From positions 2,560,001-2,624,000 of the forward strand of contig OZ242005.1 of assembly GCA_965204725.1 (NCBI GenBank): a stretch of 64,000 nucleotides of DNA, given 5' to 3'. Below, piece after piece: positions 20,040 to 29,051 of this stretch. The position numbers were made by a program, and so were the translations under genes. Positions within the stretch are counted from its first letter, which is position 1, and every line of letters begins with the position of its first letter. The DNA comes from Candidatus Latescibacterota bacterium (GTDB lineage Bacteria; Latescibacterota; UBA2968; UBA8231). The notes below the pieces were generated by a model that was not told the origin of the DNA, ran no database searches, and was given only the letters and a program-made list of their open reading frames with translations.

Positions 20040-21083
20040 ATGAAAAGCGTTGAGCCGGATGCGCCGCCGCTAGAGCCGCCTAAGAAGCCCCGATTTAAGC
20101 GGCTTGCCGCAGCCTTGGGCGCGGTTGCCCTCTTGGTTGGGGGCATAATGTATGTTGGCTCCCTGCTCACATCGGGCGCGGACGTAAACACCCAAGACAA
20201 CAACGAATGGACGCCCCTGCACGAAGCGGCGTGGAAGGATGATTCTGCGACCGCAACGGTGTTGCTGGAGAACGGGGCGCACGTAAACGCAAAAGAAAAG
20301 AACGGCTGGACACCCCTGCATGAAGCAGCGAGGGCGGATGCCGTTGCAACAGTGAAGGTGCTGCTCGAAAACGGAGCAGACGTAAACGCAAAAAACAACG
20401 AGGGCAAGGTGCCCCTGCACTACGCGGCGGGGGCGGATGCCGCTGCGACCGCAAAGGTGTTGCTCGAAAACGGGGCGCACGTAAACACAAAAGACAACAA
20501 CGAGGGCAAGGCCCCCCTACACTACGCGGCGATAGTGGCTACTGCTGCGACCGCAAAGGTGTTGCTGGAGAACGGAGCGCACGTAAACACCCAAGACAAC
20601 AACGAATGGACACCCCTGCACGAAGCAGCGAAGACGGATGCCGCTGTAATAGCGGAGGTGCTGCTCGAAAATGGCGCAGACATAAACGCAAAAGACTACA
20701 ACGGCTGGACGCCCCTGCACGAAGCGGCGTGGAAGGATGCCGTTGCGACTGCGGAGGTGTTGCTCAAAAACGGCGCAGACGTAAACACCCAAGACAGCAG
20801 GGGCTGGACGCCCCTGCACTGGGCGGCGTCTTACGATGTCTCTGCGGCAGCGAAGCTGTTGCTAGATAACGGAGCGGACGCAAACGCAAAAACCAATAAG
20901 GGCCGGACGCCCCTGCACCGGGCGGCGTGGAATGATGCTGCGGCGACCGCGGAGGTGTTGCTCGAAAACGGCGCAGACGTAAACGCCAAAAACAACCATG
21001 GCTGGACGCCCCTGCACTGGGCGGAGGTTAAGAATGCCGCGGCAACAGCGGAGGTACTGCGCCGGTACGGTGCGCGAAAGTGA
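20040..21083 (+). CDS. Ankyrin repeat protein 6 (about 9 repeats)
   Basis: Same leader and YGARK end. Confidence 0.92.
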   Translation: MKSVEPDAPPLEPPKKPRFKRLAAALGAVALLVGGIMYVGSLLTSGADVNTQDNNEWTPLHEAAWKDDSATATVLLENGAHVNAKEKNGWTPLHEAARADAVATVKVLLENGADVNAKNNEGKVPLHYAAGADAAATAKVLLENGAHVNTKDNNEGKAPLHYAAIVATAATAKVLLENGAHVNTQDNNEWTPLHEAAKTDAAVIAEVLLENGADINAKDYNGWTPLHEAAWKDAVATAEVLLKNGADVNTQDSRGWTPLHWAASYDVSAAAKLLLDNGADANAKTNKGRTPLHRAAWNDAAATAEVLLENGADVNAKNNHGWTPLHWAEVKNAAATAEVLRRYGARK

Positions 21084-21147
21084 AAGGCGCGGACCGGCGA
21101 TGTCAGGTGATTCGGTTGATCGGGTTGGATGGCGAGACGTATTCGCG

Positions 21148-21249
21148 GCCGATTTCCAATGGGGCTTGGAGCGATTCTTGGACGAAGCCCGCACCTTGGC
21201 GCGGTTCCAGCACCCCAACATCGTCCGCGTCCTTCACTTCTTTGAAGCG
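21148..21249 (+). pseudogene. Ser/Thr protein kinase relic (subdomains III-IV)
   Basis: ADFQWGLERFLDEARTLARFQHPNIVRVLHFFEA. Confidence 0.8.
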
Positions 21250-21303
21250 CAATTGCAGGGCGAACCAACCCGCACCGTCACCAACCAACGCAAAGGAGAA
21301 GCT

Positions 21304-22149
21304 ATGTTTCGCTCACTATCGCCGGGGGCCATCGGCGCAAGCGTAGAAAACCTCGCCGACGGGCTTGATTTGGCCGCACGGCACGGGTTCGCTGGGTATC
21401 ACTTTAGCATCGGCGAAGTCGCGACCATGGGCGCGGAAGAGGCCCTCGCGTTGGCCGAGCGCAAGGGCGTGCGCCTGTCGGCGTGGGGATTCCCCGTCGA
21501 TTTTCGCGGGGCGGAGGCCGCATACCAAGCGAGCTTGGCGCAGTTGCCGACCTTGGCCAAAGTAGCCGCGGCCTTGGGGGTGCGGCGGACGGCGACTTGG
21601 ATCATGCCGGCCTCGGACGAGTTGACCTATCAAGAGAACTTCGCCTTTCACGTTGAGCGGCTGCGGCCGGCCGCGGCCATACTCGCCGACGAAGGCGTGT
21701 GGTTGGGCTTGGAATACGTCGCGCCGAAAACCTCGCGGGCGAGCAAGCAATACGAGTTTGTCCACACGATGGCGCAAATGGCGGAACTGGGCCAAGCCGT
21801 AGGCGAGAACGTGGGCTTTCTGCTCGATAGCTGGCATTGGTACACGGCCAGCGAAACCGCGGCGGATGTGCGCCGCCTGCGCGCTCAGCAAGTGGTCGAT
21901 GTTCACGTCAACGACGCACCGGCCGGCGTGGAAATTGACGACCAACTCGACAACGTGCGCGACTTGCCTGGGGCGACCGGCGCAATCGACATTGCGGCGT
22001 TCCTCAGCGCCTTACAGCACATTGGCTACGACGGCCCGGTCATGGTCGAGCCGTTCAGCCAGCGCGTGCGCGCCATGGAGCGGGAAGAAGCGGTGGCAGC
22101 TACGACCGCCGCGCTGGGCCGCGTGTGGGAGCAAGCCGGACTCAGCTAA
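21304..22149 (+). CDS. Sugar phosphate isomerase/epimerase family
   Basis: AAGGAG RBS; GLEYVAP, LLDSWHW, VHVNDA, MVEPF. Confidence 0.85.
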   Translation: MFRSLSPGAIGASVENLADGLDLAARHGFAGYHFSIGEVATMGAEEALALAERKGVRLSAWGFPVDFRGAEAAYQASLAQLPTLAKVAAALGVRRTATWIMPASDELTYQENFAFHVERLRPAAAILADEGVWLGLEYVAPKTSRASKQYEFVHTMAQMAELGQAVGENVGFLLDSWHWYTASETAADVRRLRAQQVVDVHVNDAPAGVEIDDQLDNVRDLPGATGAIDIAAFLSALQHIGYDGPVMVEPFSQRVRAMEREEAVAATTAALGRVWEQAGLS

Positions 22150-22150
22150 C

Positions 22151-23905
22151 GTGGAAACCCGCACCATTGAATGCGACGTCTTGGTCTTGGGCGGCGGCTT
22201 GGGGGGCGTGGCCGCGGCCGTGCGCGCCGCCCGCTTGGGCTATCGAGTTTGCCTGACCGAAGAGAACCCGTGGATCGGCGGCCAAGCCACCAGCCAAGGC
22301 GTAGCCGCCTTAGACGAGCATCCGCACATAGAGCGCTTTGGCGGCACGGCCCTCTACGGCGAATTCCGCGCCGGCATCCGCGCGTACTATCGCCGCAAAT
22401 ACCAACTGAAAAACCCAGACGATCCGCACTTCAACCCCGGGGCCGGCTGGGTCTCGGCCCTGTGCTTTGAGCCGCGCGCCGGCCTAACGGCCCTGCTGTC
22501 GTTAGTCGTACCCCAAGTCGAAGCCGGCCGCCTGACGCTCTTTTACCGCGCCCGGGCGTCGGCGGCCCACGTCCAAGGCCAGTCCATCCGCACCGTGGAC
22601 GTCGTCCAAGACGGTGGTACGCACGTCTTGCGCTTTGTTCCCACGTATGTGCTCGACGCCACCGAGCTAGGCGACCTGCTCCCCCTGCTGCCCGTCCCCT
22701 ACGTCTCAGGCGCTGAAAGCCGCGACCAAACCGGCGAGCCGCACGCCCGCGCGGCCGGCCCCGCGCCGCATTTGACCCAGTCTTTTACCTGCCCGTTTGC
22801 GGTCGATTTCTGCCCGGGTCGAGACCACACCATTCCCCGCCCGCCTAACTACGAGCACCACCGCGACCAGCAGCCCTTCACCTTGACCTTGCAGTACGCC
22901 CGCGGCTGGCGCACGTACCGATTCTTCGAGACCGCTGGCGACCTACCCGGCTCCTTTTGGGCCTACCGCCGCTTGTTGTGCGCCGATCAATTCGCCGAAG
23001 GGCAGGTGCCCGGGGACGTGGCGTTGATCAACTGGCCGGGCAACGACTACACCGGCGGCACCCTCATCGACGTATCGCCGACCGAGCAAGCGCAGCAGAT
23101 AGCGGCGGCCAAGGAACTGAGCTTGGGCTTGCTGTACTGGCTACAAACCGAGGTGCTGCGCGACGACGGGCGAGGCCGCGGCTATCCCGAGCTGCGGCTG
23201 CGCCCCGACATCATGGGGACTGCCGATGGCTTCTCCCAGCACCCGTACATCCGCGAATCCCGGCGCATAGAAGCGCACAAGACCATTGTCGAGCAAGAGG
23301 TGGCCGCTTCGCACCAGCCCAATGCGCGCGCCGCTCCTTTTGGCGACAGCGTCGGCGTGGGTTGGTATGCCATCGACATCCACGGCCAAGCTACGGACGT
23401 GGTGTACATCGCGCCGACCAAGCCCTTCCAGATCCCGCTGAGCGCGCTCGTGTCGCGGCACTTGGACAACTTGCTAGCGGCCGGCAAAAACATCGGCACT
23501 ACGCACATCACCAATGGCTGCTACCGCCTGCATCCCGTGGAGTGGAACATCGGCGAGGCCGCGGGTGCTTTGGCTGCTTTTTGCCTCGGCCAGCGACGAA
23601 CTCCAGCGACAGTGTGCCGCAACGTGGCGGTGTGCCGCCAGTACCAGCAGACCTTGCTGGCAGCCGGTGTGCCGCTGTATTGGTATGAGGATGTGCCGCT
23701 AGGGCATCCGGCCTTTGCGGCCGTACAGAGGCTGGCGGTGGCGGGGCTATGGCCGGGCCGGGCCGATCATTTGCGCTTCGACCCCGATGCCCTAGTCGAC
23801 GCGCCGGCCGAGCACCTGCGGGCCGCTGGCCTGTCGCCGGACTTGGCCGGCCGCGATCCCATGACGCGCGGGGACTTGGCTCGTCGGATGGCCCAGCATT
23901 TGTAA
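22151..23905 (+). CDS. FAD-dependent oxidoreductase
   Basis: DVLVLGGGLGGVAAA, GGQATSQG, DATELGD, YIRESRRI, AAGKNIG. Confidence 0.88.
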   Translation: METRTIECDVLVLGGGLGGVAAAVRAARLGYRVCLTEENPWIGGQATSQGVAALDEHPHIERFGGTALYGEFRAGIRAYYRRKYQLKNPDDPHFNPGAGWVSALCFEPRAGLTALLSLVVPQVEAGRLTLFYRARASAAHVQGQSIRTVDVVQDGGTHVLRFVPTYVLDATELGDLLPLLPVPYVSGAESRDQTGEPHARAAGPAPHLTQSFTCPFAVDFCPGRDHTIPRPPNYEHHRDQQPFTLTLQYARGWRTYRFFETAGDLPGSFWAYRRLLCADQFAEGQVPGDVALINWPGNDYTGGTLIDVSPTEQAQQIAAAKELSLGLLYWLQTEVLRDDGRGRGYPELRLRPDIMGTADGFSQHPYIRESRRIEAHKTIVEQEVAASHQPNARAAPFGDSVGVGWYAIDIHGQATDVVYIAPTKPFQIPLSALVSRHLDNLLAAGKNIGTTHITNGCYRLHPVEWNIGEAAGALAAFCLGQRRTPATVCRNVAVCRQYQQTLLAAGVPLYWYEDVPLGHPAFAAVQRLAVAGLWPGRADHLRFDPDALVDAPAEHLRAAGLSPDLAGRDPMTRGDLARRMAQHL

Positions 23906-23928
23906 AGGAATACCCGAAGGCGTATAAT
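23900..23928 (+). promoter_or_regulatory. Sigma70 promoter for tRNA-Thr
   Basis: TTGTAA-17bp-TATAAT, 10 bp upstream of the tRNA. Confidence 0.75.
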
Positions 23929-23938
23929 CTGAAGGTGA

Positions 23939-24014
<76 letters not shown>

Positions 24015-24016
24015 AT

Positions 24017-24042
24017 TTTTTTTGTGGACTTACACAAAAAAA
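24017..24042. terminator. Weak inverted repeat after tRNA (T7GTG-6-CACA7)
   Basis: Inverted repeat visible; AT-rich stem. Confidence 0.35.
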
Positions 24043-24138
24043 TGAAAAATGAACTTTTTGGAGGTTTCTATGGTCGGCCAATCCGCGTGGATAGGGGCGC
24101 TTGGCCGGTCGCCTCTACATAAAGGAGGATAACCAGCC

Positions 24139-24408
24139 ATGCAAACCTACATCGTCTCTTACGATAGGGCTCGGGGAGGCGATTACAACGCCCTCCACAA
24201 AGCCATCAAGGGCTACGGTACTTGGGCCCATATTACCGAGTCAACATGGGCAGTGGTGGCAGGGCCCGAATATAGCGCGGAGACGATTCGCGATCACTTG
24301 AGCGGATACCTGCCTGATGAAAGCAGTCTTTTCGTCGTCAAGTCGGGCATTGAAGCAGCTTGGCGAAATGTGTTCTGTCGCAGCAAATGGCTAAAAAGGA
24401 GCCTTTAG
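24139..24408 (+). CDS. Cas2/VapD-like ferredoxin-fold small protein (copy 1)
   Basis: YIVSYD N-terminal strand with Asp, WAHITESTW, SAETIRDHL; AAGGAGG RBS. Confidence 0.7.
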   Translation: MQTYIVSYDRARGGDYNALHKAIKGYGTWAHITESTWAVVAGPEYSAETIRDHLSGYLPDESSLFVVKSGIEAAWRNVFCRSKWLKRSL

Positions 24409-24410
24409 CC

Positions 24411-24797
24411 ATGTCCCAGTCGGAAGATAGTACCCAAGAGCAAAACGGTGGCAAGAGATACATAGAGATTCGGCGAGGCACAGTTGATTCGCTGTTGGTG
24501 TGCGAAATTACAGAGTATGAATGGGATAGTCTAAAAAGAGGAACGTCTGAAAGTATCTTCCTAAACTTGGGTATTGCCTTATTGTCCATTAGCTGCTCTT
24601 TTCTCATCGCCCTTCTCACAACAAAAATAGATTCTCGCGTCTTTATTGTATTTACCGTAATTGTTTCCACCTTTGCCATCAGTGGTCTCATATTGATGTG
24701 TTTGTGGTGGCGTGAGCGGAAGTCAACCAACCCATTGATTAAAGAGATCGATCGCAGATTTAGCAGAGCAGGTGCCCAAGGCAAGGATGCAGAATAA
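24411..24797 (+). CDS. Two-TM membrane protein
   Basis: Two hydrophobic segments (IFLNLGIALLSISCSFLIALL; VFIVFTVIVSTFAISGLILMCLWW); lower GC; starts 2 bp after the upstream stop. Confidence 0.75.
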   Translation: MSQSEDSTQEQNGGKRYIEIRRGTVDSLLVCEITEYEWDSLKRGTSESIFLNLGIALLSISCSFLIALLTTKIDSRVFIVFTVIVSTFAISGLILMCLWWRERKSTNPLIKEIDRRFSRAGAQGKDAE

Positions 24798-24870
24798 GGC
24801 AAGGCTTAGGCTCACCAGACTCCCGGCCCCATCCGAGATTGAGCAAGCTATTTCAGAAGGATAACCAGCC

Positions 24871-25188
24871 ATGCAAACCTATATCGTCTCTTACGATATG
24901 GCTTGGGGAGGTGATTACAACGCCCTCCACGAAGCTATCCAAAGTTATTCGGCTTGTGCGCCTATTACCGAATCAACATGGGCAGTATTGACCGAATACA
25001 GCGCGGAAATGATTCGCGATCACTTGAGCGAGTACCTGCCCGATGGAAGCCGTCTTTTCGTCGTCCGCTCGGGCGATGAAGCGGCGTGGCAATACCTGAA
25101 CAGCTCCTCCGAATGGTTGGAAGCCATCCTGTTGCAAGATGCAGGCCGCCTCAATAAACTGCACTCAACCATGCAACTTGATTCGTAA
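24871..25188 (+). CDS. Cas2/VapD-like small protein (copy 2, paralogue)
   Basis: Near-identical start region to copy 1 including upstream GGATAACCAGCCATG. Confidence 0.7.
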   Translation: MQTYIVSYDMAWGGDYNALHEAIQSYSACAPITESTWAVLTEYSAEMIRDHLSEYLPDGSRLFVVRSGDEAAWQYLNSSSEWLEAILLQDAGRLNKLHSTMQLDS

Positions 25189-25211
25189 AATATCGCACCG
25201 CTAGCGCACCC

Positions 25212-26300
25212 CTACTTAGCCAATCCCCGCTCGACCTTGCGCTCAAAGTCGCGCATCTCATCCGCCCCGTCTAACACGCCGATTTCCATGTTGAACTCGC
25301 GCACCTCGCCCGGCTCGATGTACTGCAAAGTCCCGTGCTTGCGGTTCCAAGCGCGGCCGAGCACCGAGCAGTTGCCCGGCTCAATACCGGTGACGTAAGT
25401 CCCTTTGTGGAAGTGCTGCCAGTGGTTGACGATGGGAATCTCGCTGTGCTTGAACTGCCAATACAAGCCCAAGCCCAACTTGTCGTTGAGGAGGCCGATG
25501 TGGACGCGCCCTTGGCGGTCGGTGCGGGGCCGATGCACGTACACATCGTCGTAAGCCCGCGGCTGCGGCCCCTTGGCCACGGCGTAGTCCTCGGGACCGA
25601 CGGGGCTGTCGTCGATCCACTCGGTGCTCGTGCGGCTGTGGAGGACGAGGCGGGTCCCTTCGTCGAGGAGGGGGAAGCCGGGGTTGCAGTGGTACACAAA
25701 CATGAGCGGCGAGCGGTCGGCCGCGAGATTTTCAATGCGGTCGCGGATGTGGATGCTCCGCTGGCCGAGCACGGTCGAGATCTCGCGCGACAGCTCTAAG
25801 TTTTCGGCAAAGACCTCGGCTTGGCGCATCTGGCCGCGGATGCGCACGACGTAATCTCCGCCTTCCCAGCCAGCCTCAATGCCGACGTTCTTAGCCGGTA
25901 TGTACGAGAGGCGACCGTGTAGCGGCATCTCGGCGTTTTCCTCTTCGGGATCGACTTCGGGGTGGCCGACAAAGTCGAGGCCGCAAGAGGTTACGAGCCC
26001 ACCGAACCAGCCGCGCCCCCATTTGAAGCCCTCTGGCTCGTAGAAGGCCGGCCCAACGTCGCCGGGGGCGGAGCGAAAGCACAGCGACTGGCCCTTGTAG
26101 TGGGCCGAGGCAATGTCGAGGGCGCGGCCGGGCAAGACGGAAAACCCCAAGCCCGAAGCGTTGAATACGTCGATGAGGTCGGCACCGCGCTCAAAGCCTT
26201 CGCTGCGCTCGGCGCGGCGGGCGTAGATGAGCTGGCTGATGTCGCCGACGCGATTGAGCAGTTGGCGACGGGTGAAGTTGCGGCCGAAGAGCTTGGGCAT
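25212..26300 (-). CDS. Aldose 1-epimerase family / DUF4432 protein
   Basis: VLPGRALDI, PLHGR, YHCNPGFPL, GIEPGN. Confidence 0.85.
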   Translation of the reverse strand: MPKLFGRNFTRRQLLNRVGDISQLIYARRAERSEGFERGADLIDVFNASGLGFSVLPGRALDIASAHYKGQSLCFRSAPGDVGPAFYEPEGFKWGRGWFGGLVTSCGLDFVGHPEVDPEEENAEMPLHGRLSYIPAKNVGIEAGWEGGDYVVRIRGQMRQAEVFAENLELSREISTVLGQRSIHIRDRIENLAADRSPLMFVYHCNPGFPLLDEGTRLVLHSRTSTEWIDDSPVGPEDYAVAKGPQPRAYDDVYVHRPRTDRQGRVHIGLLNDKLGLGLYWQFKHSEIPIVNHWQHFHKGTYVTGIEPGNCSVLGRAWNRKHGTLQYIEPGEVREFNMEIGVLDGADEMRDFERKVERGLAK

Positions 26301-26385
26301 GAGGAATCTCCTAAGTCAAATGCTGAGCTGCGGTTGGGCTTTGTTGTGTTCGATGGCGGGAACGTCATGCCGCCGGCGGCCCCGG

Positions 26386-27375
26386 CTAGACGCTACGGTT
26401 GTAGATCCAACTAAACTGTAGCGGCGCGGCGTGGGTTTGTCGGCGCTCGTTGCGCTCGGCTAGCTTGGCGTAGCGCGGCCCGAGCGAGCATAGGTAATCT
26501 TGGGCGGCGGCCGCTTCACCGGTGAGGCCGGCGAGCGAATCCAACCCCCACTGGCGGACTAGGTGCTGGGTGATTTCGGAGTAATGCTGGGCCGTGTACA
26601 CCCCGAGCCGCTGGGCCACCATGGAGAAGCGTTCAAAGAGGTTGGGGCCTTGCCCGTCGGTCATCAGGTGAGCGGGCATAACGACTTGGCGTTTCATCAG
26701 GTCGCGGAAGGCCAATATCGCGCCGTTGGGATCGAGCTCGAAAATTTTCTTGATAAAGCTCGTGTACGCTTTTTCGTGGCGGGCTTCGTCGCCGGCCACG
26801 ACGCCGCAGATGGTCTTGAGGTTTGAATCGCCGGCCTTTTGCGCCAAGCGGGCCACGTTGCTGTGGGAGATGCGGGTCGCCCGCTCTTGGAAAGACGTAT
26901 AGACGAAGCCTTTGTAGGGATCTTGGGCGGCCTGCGGGTTGAAGCCGTTGCGCAACAGGTATTGGATCGTCTTCTCGATGGCGCGCATATCGACGCGGCC
27001 CGTGAGGAAGAGGTATTTGTTGAGCAGGTCGCCGTGGCGATTTTCTTCAGCCGTCCAACCGCGCGACCACTGGGCCCACGCGCTGGTATCCGTGCCGGTG
27101 GTGTCCGACACGCCTTCAAAGCTGTTGAGCAGGGTCTGATAGGTGGGCAGGGCTTCCTCGGTGATCATGTCGCCGACGAGGACGACGAGGACATCGTCGG
27201 GAAGCGCTTGGGCGCGGGTGCGGAATTCGCGGATGGAGTCTTCCCAGTTTTCCGCGACCATATTGGGGAGAAAATCGTCGGGCTGCCAACTCTCTTCTAC
27301 GGGTTTGAGCAACTGGAGCTGGTCGCTGACAAAATCCTCCATGCTCGCAATGACTTCTCTCTTGTGCGGATTCAA
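26386..27375 (-). CDS. Acyl-ACP desaturase (soluble di-iron, plant/mycobacterial type)
   Basis: WQPDDFLP, GDMITEEALPTY, WTAEENRHG, YTSFQERAT, DEARHE. Confidence 0.93.
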   Translation of the reverse strand: MNPHKREVIASMEDFVSDQLQLLKPVEESWQPDDFLPNMVAENWEDSIREFRTRAQALPDDVLVVLVGDMITEEALPTYQTLLNSFEGVSDTTGTDTSAWAQWSRGWTAEENRHGDLLNKYLFLTGRVDMRAIEKTIQYLLRNGFNPQAAQDPYKGFVYTSFQERATRISHSNVARLAQKAGDSNLKTICGVVAGDEARHEKAYTSFIKKIFELDPNGAILAFRDLMKRQVVMPAHLMTDGQGPNLFERFSMVAQRLGVYTAQHYSEITQHLVRQWGLDSLAGLTGEAAAAQDYLCSLGPRYAKLAERNERRQTHAAPLQFSWIYNRSV

Positions 27376-27653
27376 CGGAGTTTCTCCATCGCGGAGTGAT
27401 TGAAAGATACCCTGACCGGGTACGCGGGCGGCATGGAAGATACTATAAACTTACTCGTTTAGCCCGTCAACGAGCGAGCGGCTGGCGGCTCGCGCCAAAA
27501 GTGGCGAATGCCGCCATAGACGCGGGCGGCCCCCACGGTCCCCTTAAAACCCTATCTAATTGTCGGCAAATAAGTTATACTCAGCGCAAAACTGCGGTAC
27601 GCCCTTTGCTAATAACCGGGTAGTTCCCTTACCCCAACAAGGAGGATACCTCG

Positions 27654-27848
27654 GTGAACAAAGGATTTCGTAGGGAGCAAATCGAGCGCGTAGCGCGGAT
27701 GTATAAATGCAATCTGGACGCCAGTCGGGCACTGGGGATCACGATTCGCAGCTTTAGCCGGCTCTGTCGCAAATACGATATTGAATCGCCCTTTGCACGG
27801 CGGCAGCGCCAGCGCGGTCGGGCGGCCAAAAACACCAAACCCGAATAG
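27654..27848 (+). CDS. Small Fis-like HTH protein
   Basis: AAGGAGG RBS + GTG; ASRALGITIRSFSRLCRKYDI. Confidence 0.7.
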   Translation: MNKGFRREQIERVARMYKCNLDASRALGITIRSFSRLCRKYDIESPFARRQRQRGRAAKNTKPE

Positions 27849-27858
27849 GAGGGCTATC

Positions 27859-28524
27859 ATGGGAGCAATAGAGCGGATCGCCGCCATCTGGAAGGCGAAC
27901 CTCAACGAGGTGCTGGACCGGATCGAGGATCCAGCGAAAATGGTGGATCAGATCGTCCGCGACGTAGAGCGCGCCGTTGACCAAGCCGTAGCCGCGCTGG
28001 TCAAGGCGCGCGCCACCAAGCGGCGTCTAGAGCGCGACCTCCAGCGCAACGCCGAGGATATGCAGATGTGGCAAGCAAAGGCCGCAGCCGCGGTGGAGGC
28101 CGGAAACGACGAAGGCGCCCGGCTCGCCTTGATCCAGAAGACCGAGCGGGAGCAAGCGCATGTCGGGCTGGAACCGGCTCTCGCAGATAGCTGCGATACC
28201 GTGGTCCAGCTAGAGGAGCAGGTCGAGGTCCTGCGTCAAAAGCTGCGCGATGTTCGGGCGCGGCGGGGCAAGCTGCTCGCCCGCTGTTCCGCCGAGCGCG
28301 ACCGCGGTGCAGCAGGCGGAGAAGACGCGACCGCGCTCCGCTTTGCCGCGATCGCGCAGCGGGTGCAGCAAAGCGAGTGCGAGCTGACGCGCTTTGAGGA
28401 ACAGGTAGATCGGGCCGTTGCTGAGGCCGAAGTGCTACGCGAATTGGCCGCTGAGTGCCGAGCCGAGCGCGACCGCAAGGTCGCAGAGGATCTGGCCGCG
28501 CTAAAAGCGGAAAAGGCATCGTAA
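27859..28524 (+). CDS. PspA/IM30 family protein
   Basis: KANLNEVLDRIEDPAKMVDQIVRD, WQAKAAAAVEAG, coiled coil. Confidence 0.9.
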   Translation: MGAIERIAAIWKANLNEVLDRIEDPAKMVDQIVRDVERAVDQAVAALVKARATKRRLERDLQRNAEDMQMWQAKAAAAVEAGNDEGARLALIQKTEREQAHVGLEPALADSCDTVVQLEEQVEVLRQKLRDVRARRGKLLARCSAERDRGAAGGEDATALRFAAIAQRVQQSECELTRFEEQVDRAVAEAEVLRELAAECRAERDRKVAEDLAALKAEKAS

Positions 28525-28536
28525 AGGAGGTCTGTC

Positions 28537-28904
28537 ATGTTGGCCAGAATACTAGGTGCGATACTGCTAATTGGGGGCGTTATTTGGTCGATCAAGCTGA
28601 TCTGGCCGTGTTCGGCAACTTATTTGGCTTGCTCGGCGCGGTGGTGATCGGCCTCTTGGCTGCCGGGGCACTCTACGTGGGCCTGCGCTGGCTGCGCGGC
28701 GAGAGCATCTTGGGCCGGGTCGTCGGGGCCTTGGTTCTGCTCGCCGGTGTCGGGCTGGCCTTTAAGGCCGCGTGGAGCTTGGTGTCCGGCGTCCTTGGCT
28801 TCGCGTTTTTGCTGTTCCAAGTCGCTTTGGTGCTGGCGATGCTCTACGTGGGCTGGCGGTGGCTGGACAACGGCGAGTTTAGCCTGCGGCGCTGGAGGGT
28901 TTGA
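28537..28904 (+). pseudogene. Four-TM membrane protein of the psp operon, frameshifted near 28603
   Basis: AGGAGG/ATG MLARILGAILLIGGVIWSIKLI continues as a hydrophobic protein only in another frame (AVFGNLFGLLGAVV...). Confidence 0.6.
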
Positions 28905-28927
28905 GGGCCTAAAAGGGATTAAAGTGC

Positions 28928-28981
28928 TTGACAACTGCACTTGTGTTCAGTATATTGTTGGCTACTGAACACAAGTGCAGT
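28928..28981 (+). promoter_or_regulatory. Sigma70 promoter overlapped by a perfect 19-bp inverted repeat
   Basis: TTGACA(28928)-17-TATATT(28951); arms ACTGCACTTGTGTTCAGTA 28934-28952 and TACTGAACACAAGTGCAGT 28963-28981. Confidence 0.8.
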
Positions 28982-29051
28982 AAGCCGTAAATAATTCCCC
29001 ACGTCCTCTCTGGCGCACCCCTGAGCGCCAGTACTCCCTTAGGAGGTTCCA

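Noticed and set aside
16573-20830. Long antisense and alternate-frame ORFs over the ankyrin genes and other GC-rich genes
   Set aside because: Shadow ORFs from repeat structure and high GC; no RBS or motifs
15773-21083. CRISPR array or diversity-generating retroelement in the repetitive region
   Set aside because: Repeats are in-frame 99-bp ankyrin units; no reverse transcriptase and no adenine-specific template/variable pair seen
20998-22149. 383-aa kinase-epimerase fusion ORF
   Set aside because: The kinase part is a 34-aa relic; the epimerase has its own AAGGAG RBS and ATG at 21304
24015-25210. CRISPR-Cas locus suggested by the Cas2-like genes
   Set aside because: No repeat-spacer array, cas1 or other cas genes visible in the window
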